64,000 nt of DNA from the human T2T-CHM13v2.0 reference genome, Homo sapiens: the NCBI RefSeq assembly GCF_009914755.1, contig NC_060929.1; one strand, given 5' to 3'. Numbering within the stretch: position 1 is the first letter of the stretch; each line of letters starts with the position of its first letter. Below are positions 14,489 to 27,660 of the stretch, one piece after another. The notes below the pieces were generated by a model. That model was not told the origin of the DNA. It made no database searches and worked only from the letters and a program-made list of their open reading frames with translations. Made by a program: the position numbers and the translations under genes.

Positions 14489-17464
14489 CTATATGATTCT
14501 AAAACTTCACTTTTTGGAAACATATGTTTTGAATAAGAGAGCACAGGGAAATAGAGGGGCTGTAAATGATTTTTGATTGTCTTGAATGGTGTACTTTTCC
14601 TATCTTTTCCCATAATTCGTCAAGGCCTAATAAATTTTTACTATAATTTTTACAACAAAGAGTTAAAAAAACAAATTAATTGAATGTATGCAGGTACCTT
14701 AACTGTAAAAATGAACTAATATATTGATTAATATATCAATCCCTAAAAGAGAATCCTTACATTTCATTATTTTAATAAAACTCACTTTCCTCAAGTTTTA
14801 AAAATACATATAAAAGTGTTCAGCATATTCTGGGTGAGTGATTTAGTGTAAAGGACTGTTTCCTCACAGTACATTTTTGGGCTGAAATTGTTTTCCATGT
14901 GCTAGGGAGTAGAATTTATCAGCAACCCTCATTCTCACTCCCCTAATGATGATATGAGGAGCAAAAGAACCATCTTGTATCAAATCATCATGATTGTATA
15001 GAATAGCTTCTGAAAATTGTTGACTGGCCAGAGTAAAGCACTTTCACCTTTTTCAAAAGTCGTGCTGTTTCCTCTTTGGGAAATGAAATAGCATAAAATT
15101 GAATAGTATATGCATAACCTAAACTTGAGGAGGCACTTGAAACTTCTGAAGATCTTGTCATCTGCAAATTATTTCTAACAGTTCTGTTCAGCTTTTTGAT
15201 CAATGTAAGAGTACAACAAATTTGGATAATTTTTAATATAAACACATATTTTTTTTTAGAATCAGAATAACTTAGAATAAAAAAGATAAAAACATATTGC
15301 AAAGGAAGTTTGACCTGGGTACACTACAGATATCTTCAATTGCATTCATTTTGATCAAAAAATGAACACGATACAGTAACATATACTAAAAAATATGCAG
15401 CAACAATAGGTCACCATTTAAGCAAATGGGGAAGATCCCTGCTATGTTCAAAGTCTGCATAATAATTCAGATGTATTTTGAAAAAAGCAAAGGATAAAGC
15501 AGTAAACCCAGTGGCTGTGTGGTTAGAGTAAACAAATTATTTTCATAAAGAGAGAGTTTTAATTAACTTAGAGTAGCAAATATAATTAGCTAGGTTAGAC
15601 AGACAACAAAACAATGGAATACCCTCAAGCTTTCAACTTTTAAAATCGAAGGCTATGTCAGTAGGACAATCTTAAAGACTTTTCAAAGTAATAGGTGACA
15701 ATAAATTAAATAAGGAAAATAACATATATATACATATTTGAGTACATCTTTTAAAAATATAAACGTATATTTCCTGAAAATAAAATTATTATGCTTTATT
15801 ATAATTTGATTGAAAAATATATGTTATATATATTATACAGAATTTTTAATTCAATAATGTATTTAATAAATATTTATGCTATTATTAAACTGTCTTCAAA
15901 ATAGAAATGTGTAGCCAGTATTCTTAATTTAATCTATTGATAATTTCTAACATTTTTAAATTTTGGAATTCTTTTCATTTTGTTTTCACATCTCAGTATT
16001 TTCTTACTGTTTCCTATTACATGCACAAAACAGATTTTATTCCACATTCTAAAAAGTAAAACAGAGTAAAACAGAGTTTTCAACTCTCATTTGTTTCTGT
16101 TAATATCTCATTCCCTGGTTTCATCTTAAATTAGAAAGAATTATTTCCATTTTTCTATCTTTCATCTCGAAAATCTCTCCTATTTGCTTTGAATGCCCAT
16201 TTTGAACCTCACCAATTTTTTTCAGAATGTTAAATCAGCTTCATTAAGTAAATGTCCCGTTCATGACACCCAACATAGTTCTTCTCTGAAAACTGTTTTC
16301 CACCTGACTGCACGTCTTCACACTCCCCTGGATTTCTGACCACCTCAATCACTGTTTCTTACTAGGTCTCCTTGCTGATCCTCGAATAGAAATATGGTAA
16401 TTATTTATATTTTTTCATAGTTTGAATGTTAAATAGCTTTGTTGAACATTTTATCAAACTTTGTTTTTTCTTATCTCCCCAATAATTAATTATTCAGGTT
16501 AATTATCTGAAACGAGGGTGTTATTTTTTTAAAACTTTTGCCCACACCACCCGAAACTGATTATGTTTTTGTTTTCTTTTATGTATTTAACTGAAACATT
16601 AATTGGTGAAATTTCCAGTCTACGTAAATGATATCATGTTACTAATATTTTTGTAATGTGGCTTTTCCTTGATCTCTTCATGATCTATGCATTTTAAGCA
16701 AATAATATTATGTCAATTTAGTGCTTTAAAAATTTAATAATATCAATACTTCAGTGTAATGATAACCTATATTTCCCTAAATATTATTTGGGCAAAGAAA
16801 ACATATCTAATTTCACTACTGATGTTAAAAAAAGAATCAATGTGATTTTAACCCTCAAATCTCCATATTTTTCAACTAGTGGATGTTTGTATCAATGCAT
16901 TTTAAATCATTGTTGTTATAAATTTTATGTTAGAGGACTTTTTTTTTTTTTACAAGATAGCAATACCTTGGGAGGATTTTTCTGTTTGTTTTTTGTTTTA
17001 CTTCCTTTAAGAAAGTTCACATCATCATATTTTTATAATTACATTGAATTAAATATATTCTTGGCAACTTCTCAGAGATAGTATAAAGTTTAATTAATTA
17101 ATTATTGTATTTTAAGAAAGCCACTTTTTCCCCTAAGTTTCTGAAAAAAAACTTCGAACTTATATGGTGCCATATGGTGCCAGATAATTAAAGATGATCA
17201 TGTCTATCTTTATTGTGATTCTGTTAAGAGCAAAACAAAACAAACAGCAATATCAACAACAACACTATATTGAGCTTTGAAAAACAGGTCTAAAAATGTC
17301 TTCTCCGTTATTTGTAGTCTCAATTAAGCAATACTCTTCAATGATCTTAAGTCCATGGACATACTAATCAAAAAAAAAAAAAAAAAAGAAAAAAAAAGTA
17401 TGGTCTCCACATTTGGAAATCTACAGTCTTAGGGAAGCTTCTCTGCACCTACTCTTCTCTTCAG

Positions 17465-17622
17465 AGGTGGTTTCCAAATATAACCCCTAAGGACTCATGC
17501 TCCTTGTAGTTATTCCCTCATGTAATCTCTTCCAATTGACTCTGGTCTGGTCATATGACTCACACTTGATCAATAGAATGGAATACAGGTGATTCAGTCT
17601 GATATCTGAGGCTGGGTTATAT
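17465..17622 (+). mobile_element. MLT1G/H-like LTR, 5' half
   Basis: 'gactctggtctggtcatatgactcacacttgatcaatagaatg' MLT1 motif. The partner half lies near 20030-20350. Confidence 0.55.
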
Positions 17623-18272
17623 AGATGGAGGACTCAAATGTTTTCATTTAAACATTTTCTACAAAGCTTCAGCAATCAAGATTATGTGGTCCTGGCATAA
17701 GAATAGACATATAGATCAATAACACAGAATTGAGAGCTCATGAATAAGCCCATATTTATGCTCAGTTGTGGTTTGAAAAGGGTGTCAAGAAAACTCAATG
17801 GGGAAAGAATAGTTGTTCTCACATATGGTGCTGGGACAACAGGGTATCTACATGTAAAAGTATGAAGTTAAAACTCTACCTCACACCATATACAAAAGTT
17901 AAACCCAAATGGATCACATGCCCAAGTGTAAGCTTTAAAACTATAAAACTCTTAGAAAAAAACCATACATATTTATAATCATTAATTTGGCAGCAGTTTG
18001 TTAGATATGATATTTAGCATGAGCAACAAAAAGAAAAATTTGACTTCATCAAAACAAACAAAAAACTTGTGCTTCAAAGGACTACCAAGAAGGTGAAAAG
18101 ACAAGCTACAGAATGGGAGAAAATACTTACAAATAATATATTTAATGAAAGTCTAGTATCCAGAATATTTGAAGAATTCTTACAGCTCAACAGTAAAAAG
18201 GTAACCCAATTTAAATGACCAACCAATTCAAGTGTATATTTCCACTATTTGGAGAAATATCCAATTGGAGAA

Positions 18273-18273
18273 A

Positions 18274-18307
<34 letters not shown>

Positions 18308-18459
18308 CCTATCTATCTACCTATCTACATACACACACACATATATACACACCCATATATATGTATATATGGGTGTGTATATATACACATATATACACAC
18401 CCATATATATGTATATATGGGTGTGTATATATACACATATATACACACCCATATATATG
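18273..18459. repeat. (TATC)n followed by about 2.5 copies of a 48-bp palindromic minisatellite
   Basis: Unit atatatacacacccatatatatgtatatatgggtgtgtatatatacac at 18341-18388, at 18389-18436, and partial to 18459. Confidence 0.92.
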
Positions 18460-19005
18460 CACCATTTTTTATATTCTCATTAGTGATGTTATGAGGGTTC
18501 CAATTTCTCCACCACATTATTTTCTAGCTTTATGATTATAGTTATTCTGGTGGTAGTATCTCATTGTGGCTTTGATTTGCTTTTTCCTCATAATGAATGA
18601 ATGATGTTGAGTATCTTTTCATGTATTTATGGGACAGTCCATATATATACAAACATATATATGGGTGTGTATGTATACATATATATGTATATATATGGGT
18701 GTGTGTGTGTATATATATACATATATATGGGTGTGTATGCATACATATATATGTATATATATATGGGGGTGTGTGTGTGTGTGTATATATATACACACCC
18801 GTATATATGTTTGTATATATATGGACTGTCCCATAAATACATGAAAAGATACTCAACATCATTCATTCATTATGAGGAAGAAGCAAATCAAAGCCACAAT
18901 GAGATACTACCACCAGAATAACTATAATCATAAAGCTAGAAAATAATGCGGTGGAGAAATTGGAACCCTCATAACATCACTAATGAGAATACAAAAAATG
19001 GTGCA
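18458..19005. repeat. Long inverted repeat: 215-bp arms (18458-18672 and 18791-19005) with a 118-bp microsatellite spacer
   Basis: Manual reverse-complement alignment gives 4 mismatches and no indels. The ORF track shows near-identical peptides on opposite strands (18542..18862 - and 18601..18921 +). Confidence 0.97.
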
Positions 19006-20029
19006 GCCACGTTGAAATACAGTTTAGCAGTTTCTCAAAAAGTTAAACACAGAATTATGTCTATGACCCAGCAAGAGAATTCAAAACATACATTTTCACA
19101 AAAACTTTCACATTAATATTCATAGTAGCATTATTATAATTGCCAAAAAGTGAAAACAGCCCAAATGTCCAACACCTGTTGAATGCATAAACAAGATTTG
19201 AAATATCTATACAATGAAACATTATTTAGTTGTAAAAGATAATGAAGTGTAGTTACATGCTACAAGCTACAACACAGATGAACCTATGCTCAGAGAAAGA
19301 CTCCAGACACAAAAGGCCACATATTGTATATTTTCATTTACAGAAAATTTCCATAATAGACAAATCCATAGAGAAGATAGATTAGTGGTTTCCAAAGGAT
19401 AAAAAAATGAAGGAGGAAATGGTTACTGCTAGTGGGCAAGGGGTTTATTTCTGGGTTACGGAAAATGATACGGTATTAGATAGTGATGATTGCACAACCT
19501 TGTGAATATGATAATAACTACTTCATTGTACACTGAAAAAATAACCTAATTCCCTACTGATAAATTATATACTCCTCAAAAAAAGCATCAGATAAAACAA
19601 TAAAATATATGAAAATATGATTATCCAAAAATATATAACACTTAAGAAAAAATACAAAAGCACCAAAAATAATAAAGTTTTGCCTTAAGTTATACCTGTG
19701 TTTCTTAGAGAAATAACTTTATCATTGCTTTTCTGTATCTTACAGCGTGGATGTAAAAATATGTAAAAATATGATGCCTGCTGCATCAAATCTGCCTCTC
19801 TATAATTAATAAAATTTTCAAAAATCACTTTTGTTCCTTTTGCTAAGGAAAATTATAATAAAATATTCTGCAATAATTATTTTTCAATAGGAGGTAAATC
19901 ATATCTATTCATTGATTAGGCTCCACTTTCTCCCTTTCCTTTATATGTTTTACCATTTTACAAAATATTTGCTCAATTAAGTTTAAATAAAGCATGGGTC
20001 GTAGTTACGAGTAAAATAAAAATAAATTC

Positions 20030-20350
20030 CTGCAGTATCTGCCTAGACCTTCATCTTGGCACGCATGTTTTTGTGCCACAACCTCCCAGAACACAGCTAC
20101 TGTGCTCAGACAAGCTCAAAGTAAATGCAGAGGTCAGATGTGGGTGCCCTAGTAGACATCCCAACTGAGGTCCCAGGTAACAGTTAGCCCCTACCAGTTA
20201 TGTGTGTTAGTTAATTATGTGCAAAACTCTAGGCAAGAACTGTTCAGCGGAGTTCAGTCAACCCTAAGGACAGTGAAGATGATAATACATTTGCTTTTAA
20301 GCCACTTAAGTTTTGCAAAATTTTGTTACAAAACAATAGGTGATTACAAC
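20030..20350 (+). mobile_element. MLT1G/H-like LTR, 3' half
   Basis: 'cccaactgaggtcccagg', 'gaactgttcagcggagttcagtcaacc' and the terminus 'ttttaagccacttaagttttg...ttgttacaaaacaataggtgattaca'. Confidence 0.7.
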
Positions 20351-21611
20351 CACTATCTTACAATTCAAAATTCGATCCTTCTCAAATTCTCATCTACATA
20401 TCTTATTTTATTCCCATTAGTAACCTCGAAATCCCTAAAATCCAATCCTTTCCCTCCAGGGTGAAGGTATATTAGGAACAAAATTATATGTTAAAATTAC
20501 AAAGTAAGTTTATTCTTCCTGGAATTATAGTAGAGAAATAAGTAGTTTTATTTTATGCACTTATTTTCTCATGCACAACTAAACAAGATACTAGTTTTTA
20601 TATTATTACTAGCAATATATTTACAGAATATACCAAGATTTTGTTCAGGAATGAGCTTATTTTGGTTCTCACAACTAGCCTATTCATGAGTATTTTTAAG
20701 TTTGGATATGTCACTTATACAGCTAGAATATGTATTTGCCATTTCATATCTGATATTGTATATTACATTCACATACGAATAACATATTTGTGGCATATAA
20801 AATTGAGTCATAAAATTGGCTCCTCAAATATCCATTGATAAACTTCTATTATGCCTAAGCAATGAAGCTCTAGTTCATCCTAATGTTTACCCATAAATAA
20901 TACAATTGGATTTATCTTCTTTTCTTTCTACTCTCCATCTGATTGCTGTTGGGTTTCTATTTATTTGACAAGTAGAAATTCTATATGTTTATGTTGCAGA
21001 ACGTGATGTTTGATGTATTCTTTTTTTAATAGGTCCATATACGGAGACTAATTGTTGTAAGAAGCCGTAGTCAACAGCAAACTGTTTTGCGGTGTCAAAG
21101 CAAAAATTGTACCAGATAAAACTAAACAAGTCAGGGAGAATTTGTTGAAGGATATTGCAATACGACATAGAGACCAGCATGCATTCTCAATTCAACTGTG
21201 TTTAAATAAAGGGCAGGGGATTTGAAGAGATAGAGTGGAGGGTATTACAAGCCATCTGTGTTTGCTAATTGGCCTTACCCAAAAGAAACATCAAATTTCT
21301 TATAACTTCCCAACAGCAGGTACTTTTGCAATTTGGAGTAATGCACCTACCACAGTCAGTCTCCTCTCTTTTCCCAGAGGTGATTCTAACTCACTTGGTG
21401 ATTATTTTTCAGAGGAATGGCTCCCAGGTTCTGAAGAAAAGCAGCCTTGGCTTGTAAAGCAAGAAAGCAATAATAAAAATATGTACATCTCAAAAGAGCA
21501 GAGAAAGAATTTGCAATTACAAGTTTTCTAAAGGAAATACTGTAAGAGGGAGAAGAGGGACCTCTGTGGTTATTAGGATTCTGTCTACACCAAGTAAAAG
21601 GGAGGTCAGGG

Positions 21612-23109
21612 TGTGTCCAGAATTGGTGGGTTCTTGGTCTCACTGACTTCAAGAATGAAGCCGCGGACCCTCGCGGTGAGTGTTACAGTTCCTAAAGGCG
21701 GTGTATCCGGAGTTTGTTCCTTCTGATGTTCGGATGTGTTCGTGGTTTTGCTGGCTCAGGAGTGAAGCTGCAGACCTTTGCGGTGAGTGGTGAGTGTTAC
21801 AGCTCTTAAGTCCAAACGTCTGGAGTTGTTCGTTCCTCCCGGTGGGTTCGTGGTCTCGCTGGCTTCAGGAGTGAAGCTGCAGACCTTCTCGGTGAGTGTT
21901 ACAGCTCATAAACACAGTGTGGACCCAATGAGTGAGCAACAGCAAGATTTATTGCAAACAGCAAAAGAACATACCTTCCACACTATGGAAGTGGACCCCA
22001 GCGTTGCCACTGCTGGCACAGGCAGCCTGCGATTATTGTCTTATCTGGCCCCACCCACATCCTGCTGATTGGTCCATTTTACAGAGAGCCGATTGGTCTG
22101 TTTTACAGAGAGCTGATTGGCCCGTTTTGACAGGGTGCTGATTGGTGCCTTTACAATCCCTGAGCTAGGCACAAAAGTTCTCCAAGTCCCCACTAGACTA
22201 GCTAGATACAGAGTGTTGATTGGTGTATTTACAAACCCTGAGCTAGACACAGAGTGCTGATTGGTGCATTTACAAACCTTGAGCTAGATACAGAGTGCCA
22301 ATTGGTGCATTCACAATCCCTTAGCTAGACATAAAGATTCTCCAAGTCCCCACCAGATTAACTAGATACAGAGTGCTGATTGGTGCATTCACAAACCCTG
22401 AGCTAGACACAGGGTGCTGATTGGTGTGTTTACAAACCTTGAGCTAGATACAGAGTGCTGATTGGTGTATTTACAATCCCTTAGCTAGACATAAAGATTC
22501 TCCAAGTCCCCACCAGACTCAGGAGCCCAGCTGGCTTCACCCATTGGATCCCCCACTGGGGCCGCAGGTGGAGCTGCCTGCCAGTCCTATGCCATGCGCC
22601 TCACTCCTCAGCCTTTGGGCTGTGGATGGGACTGGGCACCGAGGAGCAGGGGGCGACGCTCATCGGGGAGGCTCTGGCGGTGCATGAGCCCATGGCGGGG
22701 GGACGCTCAGGCATGGCAGGCTACAGGTCCCAAGCCCTGCCCCTCAGGGAGGCAGCTAAGGCCCGGTGAGAAATCGACTACAGCAGCTGCTGGCCCAGGT
22801 GCTAAGCCCCTCACTGCCCTGGCGGCGGGGCCAGCCACTTGGAGTGCGGGGCCACCAAGCCCATGCCCATCCGGAACTCTAGCTGGCCCGCAAGTGCGTG
22901 GGCAGCCCCGGTTCCCGCCTGTGCCTCTCCCTACACACCTGGCAAGCTGAGGGAGCCGGCTCCCGCCTCAACCAGCACAGAGAGGGGCCCCCACAGCGCA
23001 GTGGCGGGCTGAAAGGCTCCCGGAGCATAGCCAGAGCAGACCCGGAGGCCGAGGAGGCGCCAAGAGTGAGCGAGGCCTGTGAGAGCTGCCAGCACGCTGT
23101 CACCTCTCA
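21612..23109 (-). mobile_element. ERV9 solo LTR (LTR12C-like), about 1.5 kb
   Basis: Termini 'tgtgtccagaattggtgggttcttggtctc' and 'gccagcacgctgtcacctctca', an internal CCAAT/GATA tandem array and a GC-rich U3. Confidence 0.95.
22020..22520 (-). promoter_or_regulatory. LTR12 enhancer/promoter array with about ten CCAAT (NF-Y) boxes
   Basis: Repeated 'gctgattggtg' units on the + strand. ERV9 LTRs are known NF-Y/GATA-driven promoter-enhancers, but activity of this copy is not shown by the sequence. Confidence 0.6.
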
Positions 23110-23892
23110 GGGGGACTAGAAGGAGAAAGAAGCCTGTGTAAAGTTTAGTCAAACCGAGGGAAGTGTGAAGACCTCCTTGGTCAGAAGTCTTCGATTAGGC
23201 TGGATCTAATGTTCTGAAGAGAACATCTCTGAGACTATGTTTGGTACTCAGAATGAGTAGTTAAGGGCATGCCTGGAGACTTGGATGAAAACCCAGTATG
23301 CTTTTTTTCAGAAGCAAAGAATGGAATGATCCTACCTTCATTAAGCTACTCTGTCACCACTCTTCAAGGCTCAGCATATTTACACTGAAAATTTTCATCC
23401 TTGAATTTAAAATACTGCTTTCATAAGAATGTTCATTTCTATCACCTTGCATTTTATGCATTGAAGTGACAGAAATTTAGGTTTCTTTTGTATTTATAAT
23501 TGGTGAATTATTCTAGTTGGCTGAAATTTTACTAGGAGTGAAATATTTCCCCCATCCCCATGAGCATACAAAAGCTTCTATCTCTGACAAAGGAGTACGT
23601 AGAAAAAATGAATGGACATATTTAGGTGACACTACTGTGAGTTTCAAGGATATCTTCTATCCTATGAAGTTATACATTCTTCATTTGGCTTGCATATCAT
23701 TGATAAGTAATCCGTAATTTCAGGGCTTTGTGTCTGGGTTTACTTAAATCTTGCACTGAGAACATGGGAAGAGCCAAACGGAGAATTGTTAGATTTGTAT
23801 CATTGTGATATCTAACTTGGTGGTTAAACCTTAAGAGCAATTACTTGGGACAAGATAACCCCTAAGTATGCAACACTTCATGGTAACTTATC

Positions 23893-23896
<4 letters not shown>

Positions 23897-23952
<56 letters not shown>

Positions 23953-23955
23953 TAT
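23897..23955. repeat. Pure (TA)25 microsatellite with a short interrupted tail
   Basis: Direct read. Confidence 0.95.
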
Positions 23956-25596
23956 GAAATGAAGATGAAGATTGGCTAACAATCATGGAAAAAATGAAAG
24001 GTACAGAATCTAAATTTAATAATGCCAAAGATTGCCCAACCAACAATTTTTCAACACTGTTGTTCATTTACAAGGCTAGAGTATGTGCAGAGACAAGAGC
24101 ATGGGAATGGACTTAAATATTAAAATCTATGAGACATTAGTAAGAACATCTCTATTGTGCAGATCTGGGAGAATTAACAAACTTTAAGTTTTTCAATTCT
24201 AAGAATAGTGCTTTCCTTGAATAACTAGCTTGAAAAGGAGACTGACACAGTTGCTGAAATCTATCTTAAAAAGTACCATTGGAGCAAGGTATCATATGGG
24301 TATAGAAGTTGTGGTATGGTATAGTTCAAACAAGATAGATGCAAATCACATTGCATAGTAATTCATCTATCTCTTCAGTTATAATAGTGAATCACAGGAA
24401 AACGTATGTCTTTGTTTCAGTTTTCCATGTAGGCCCTCCAAACAACATAGGAATTTATGATAGTTACATATTCGATTCTACATTTGTCAATTGGTATGTG
24501 CTATAGAAGTGGCAATGTCTTGAGGCACCAATAAGAGATGATTGCATAGCTCATGTGATAGACCGTGGTAAATTTTCCAAAATAACAAATGTCTCCAAAC
24601 AATACCCTTAGAGATCCTCTGCCTATTCTAGGAGACAGGCACAAACTCCTGCATATCCATACTTATATCACAAAGATTTACAGAATCACACTCTCTTACT
24701 TCTATTACATGGCTTCTTATGAATGTTAGAAGCATATGCCACGATTCATGACTCCATTGCATCCCTTCTGTGTAAATTACCTTTTATTGAAATTTGTACA
24801 ACATAAATATTAATATAATTATCCTGAGATAAAGAATATAGGTCATATAAATGACAATTATGAATAAGGCATATCATTTTAAAAATAACACTTGAGGTAA
24901 CCTGAATATAAATGATCATATAAAACAAATGTAGAAATTAACCTTTCTGTGTATTTTAAACAAGACATTGGTGATAGAGATGGGGTCATAAGGAGGTTCA
25001 TTTATTATCCTTTTATTGCATTTCAGACAGTGCATTTTAAAAATTCACTTAGATTAGTTTTAGCTTTAATTAAAATGCTTCGCATACATTTTCAACAGAG
25101 TAAAACATAAAATGAATGTATTAGTACATGATTTTGAAGAATGCCTTTAAGATCATCAAGGTGAAACAAACAACAGAAAGAAGCAACATAATTAACAGTA
25201 AAAGAATGCAGATAACCATTTAAGCTGAAATACGTTAATTATAATACATCAATTTAATTAATTTTAATTTGAATAAATTAATATATTTGGGATCTAGGCT
25301 TATTCATTAGTTTACACGTTTTTATTCAAAAGGAGACATTGAACTTATCTTTCCATTATTTATCCTTAATTCATATTCCACTGGCCCAGTAAAGTTTATC
25401 CATGACAAGTTTGCATGGATGTAGTATGTCTATCAGGATAAAACTTAACAAATAAGAGGCATCCCTATCCAAATTGTCCATAATTAGAATTTCTGAAACA
25501 TTGAGAAAAAGTAGAACTAATGTTCCACAATCTTCCAGTGTTTGTTGACAGGTTTTAGTGATCTCGCTAATGTTTTCCCCACAGTAGTGTGTTCTT

Positions 25597-25906
<310 letters not shown>

Positions 25907-26094
25907 CTGTTCTTATTTTTTAACATCATTAGTATAAGGCATTCCACATTGTTTAAAAATACATAACCTTCATAGTTTGGATTGGATTATAATTCCCATA
26001 TGTTTGAAACTGGGTTTTGTATTAGAATTCCACTATTACATTTCTAACTTAGTCATGAGAGAAACACAAATGTGTAGATAAGTTTGTGTTTATA

Positions 26095-27012
26095 ATAGTA
26101 TCAGATCTCTACTACCAAATAACAAATCATCCCAAACATGACGGCTTAAAACTAGAACGATTTATTATTTCTTAAAGTTCTTATGTTAGGCTGATTATTG
26201 TGTTGCTGTAAAGAAATACCTGCAGCTGGGTAATTTATAAGAAAAGAGTTTTAATGGGCTCATGGTTATCCAGTCTGTACAAGAAGCATAGTGCCAGCAT
26301 CTGCTTCTGGTGAGGGCCTCAAAAAGCTTACAATCATGGCACAAGGCAAAGTGAGAGCAGGTGTCTCACGTGGCAAGAGCAGGAGCAAGAGAGAGTGAGG
26401 GGGAAGATGCCACACACTTTTAAACAGCCCAAATCCTGCAAGAACTCACTATGATGAGGACAACACTACCGGGATGGCGCTAAATCATTCATGACAAATA
26501 CGCCTCCATGATCCCATCACCTCCTACCAGGCCCCACATCCAATATTGGAGGTTACAATTCAACATGAAATTTGGTGAGGACATATATTTAAACTACATT
26601 GGTTCTATCGGTTGGCCTCTGCTAGTTTAGCTTGACTAGCTCAAATAGTTGCACTAAGAAGACTGTTGGATGTACTGCAATATATAAGATGGCCTCATTC
26701 ACATATCTGGCTATCACTTGGGATACCTTGGGTATCCTCTTCCGTCAGTGGGCTAGAATGGCTTTCTTGTTATGGCAATGTCAAAATTGCACTTCAAAAG
26801 GCAAAGGTCTTTTAAAGTCTAGGCTGTAGAAAATAGCATCGCTTACACCACTTTTTATCAGCCAAGCATAGTGGTAAAGTCAGCCCAGATACACAAAGTG
26901 TGAAACAAGATTCCACATCTTAATGGGCTGACTTGCCAAGCCACATTACAAAGAGGTGTGAGCAGAGGAGCACAAGGAAGTGATGTAACCTTTGCAGACA
27001 ATTTATCACAGT
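26095..27012 (-). mobile_element. Old MLT1 (I/J/K-like) LTR split by an MST LTR
   Basis: 'taacaaatcatcccaaacatgacggcttaaaac...atttattatttct' before the MST and 'gatggcctcattcacatatctggc', 'agtcagcccagatacacaaagtg' after it. Confidence 0.55.
26182..26600 (-). mobile_element. MSTB-like MaLR solo LTR
   Basis: 'ctgtacaagaagcatagtgccagcatctgcttctggtgagggcctc...agcttacaatcatggc...gtctcacgtggcaagagcaggagcaagagagag'. Confidence 0.85.
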
Positions 27013-27130
27013 ATACTTGCCATTTAAAGGCTACAAAATCCCTAAAAAATTCAAATAAATCAGCAAATTGCCTCAGTATTTTAATTATTTATTTTTTCAT
27101 TTCATTAGATTTTTTAATTTCAGAATTTAA

Positions 27131-27458
<328 letters not shown>

Positions 27459-27660
27459 TTATGATTTAACTTTTGGTAATTCTTTATGAAAAACTAGCAT
27501 ATTCTTACTCATGTCCTCTTACAGTAGGCTAATTTTCATTACAGTTTAGAGTGCTATGCTTCATTTTCCAAGCATCTCACAATATTTAGACTAATGAGTA
27601 TTATTTCAGCAGTGGGTCTGTTCTTCACTTTCCTTTCTAGAGAAACACTTTAATGGAAAT

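Larger units (their letters stand above)
17625..19545 (+). mobile_element. Old LINE-1 3' portion (L1MB-like) hosting a young inverted duplication
   Basis: ORF 17766-17978 (WGKNS..IWCWDN..LTPYTK) is ORF2-like. The 3' UTR 'acaaaaggccacatattgtat...agattagtggtttcc' is L1MB type. Heavily decayed. Confidence 0.85.
21093..23183 (-). mobile_element. MER67-family ERV1 LTR split by LTR12 (pieces 21093-21611 and 23110-23183)
   Basis: 'tacatctcaaaagagcagagaaagaatttgcaattacaagttttctaaag' and 'aaaagggaggtcaggg' resume after the LTR12 with 'aagaagcctgtgtaaagtttagtcaa...cttggtca'. TG...CA termini. Confidence 0.75.

Noticed and set aside
16056-17184. Short tandem duplications (gtaaaacaga x2, atatggtgcc x2, and similar ones near 38254 and 48786)
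   Set aside because: Ordinary slippage micro-duplications.
18215-18921. Cluster of overlapping Y/I/H/T-rich ORFs on both strands
   Set aside because: Stop-free translation of TA/CA microsatellite. The mirrored ORFs simply reflect the inverted repeat.
22550-23152. CpG-rich region with ORFs suggesting a gene's first exon
   Set aside because: Entirely explained by the LTR12 U3 region. The ORFs are GC-rich chance frames.
23480-24740. Possible ancient retroviral internal sequence
   Set aside because: Only an impression from composition. I could not anchor any protein motif.
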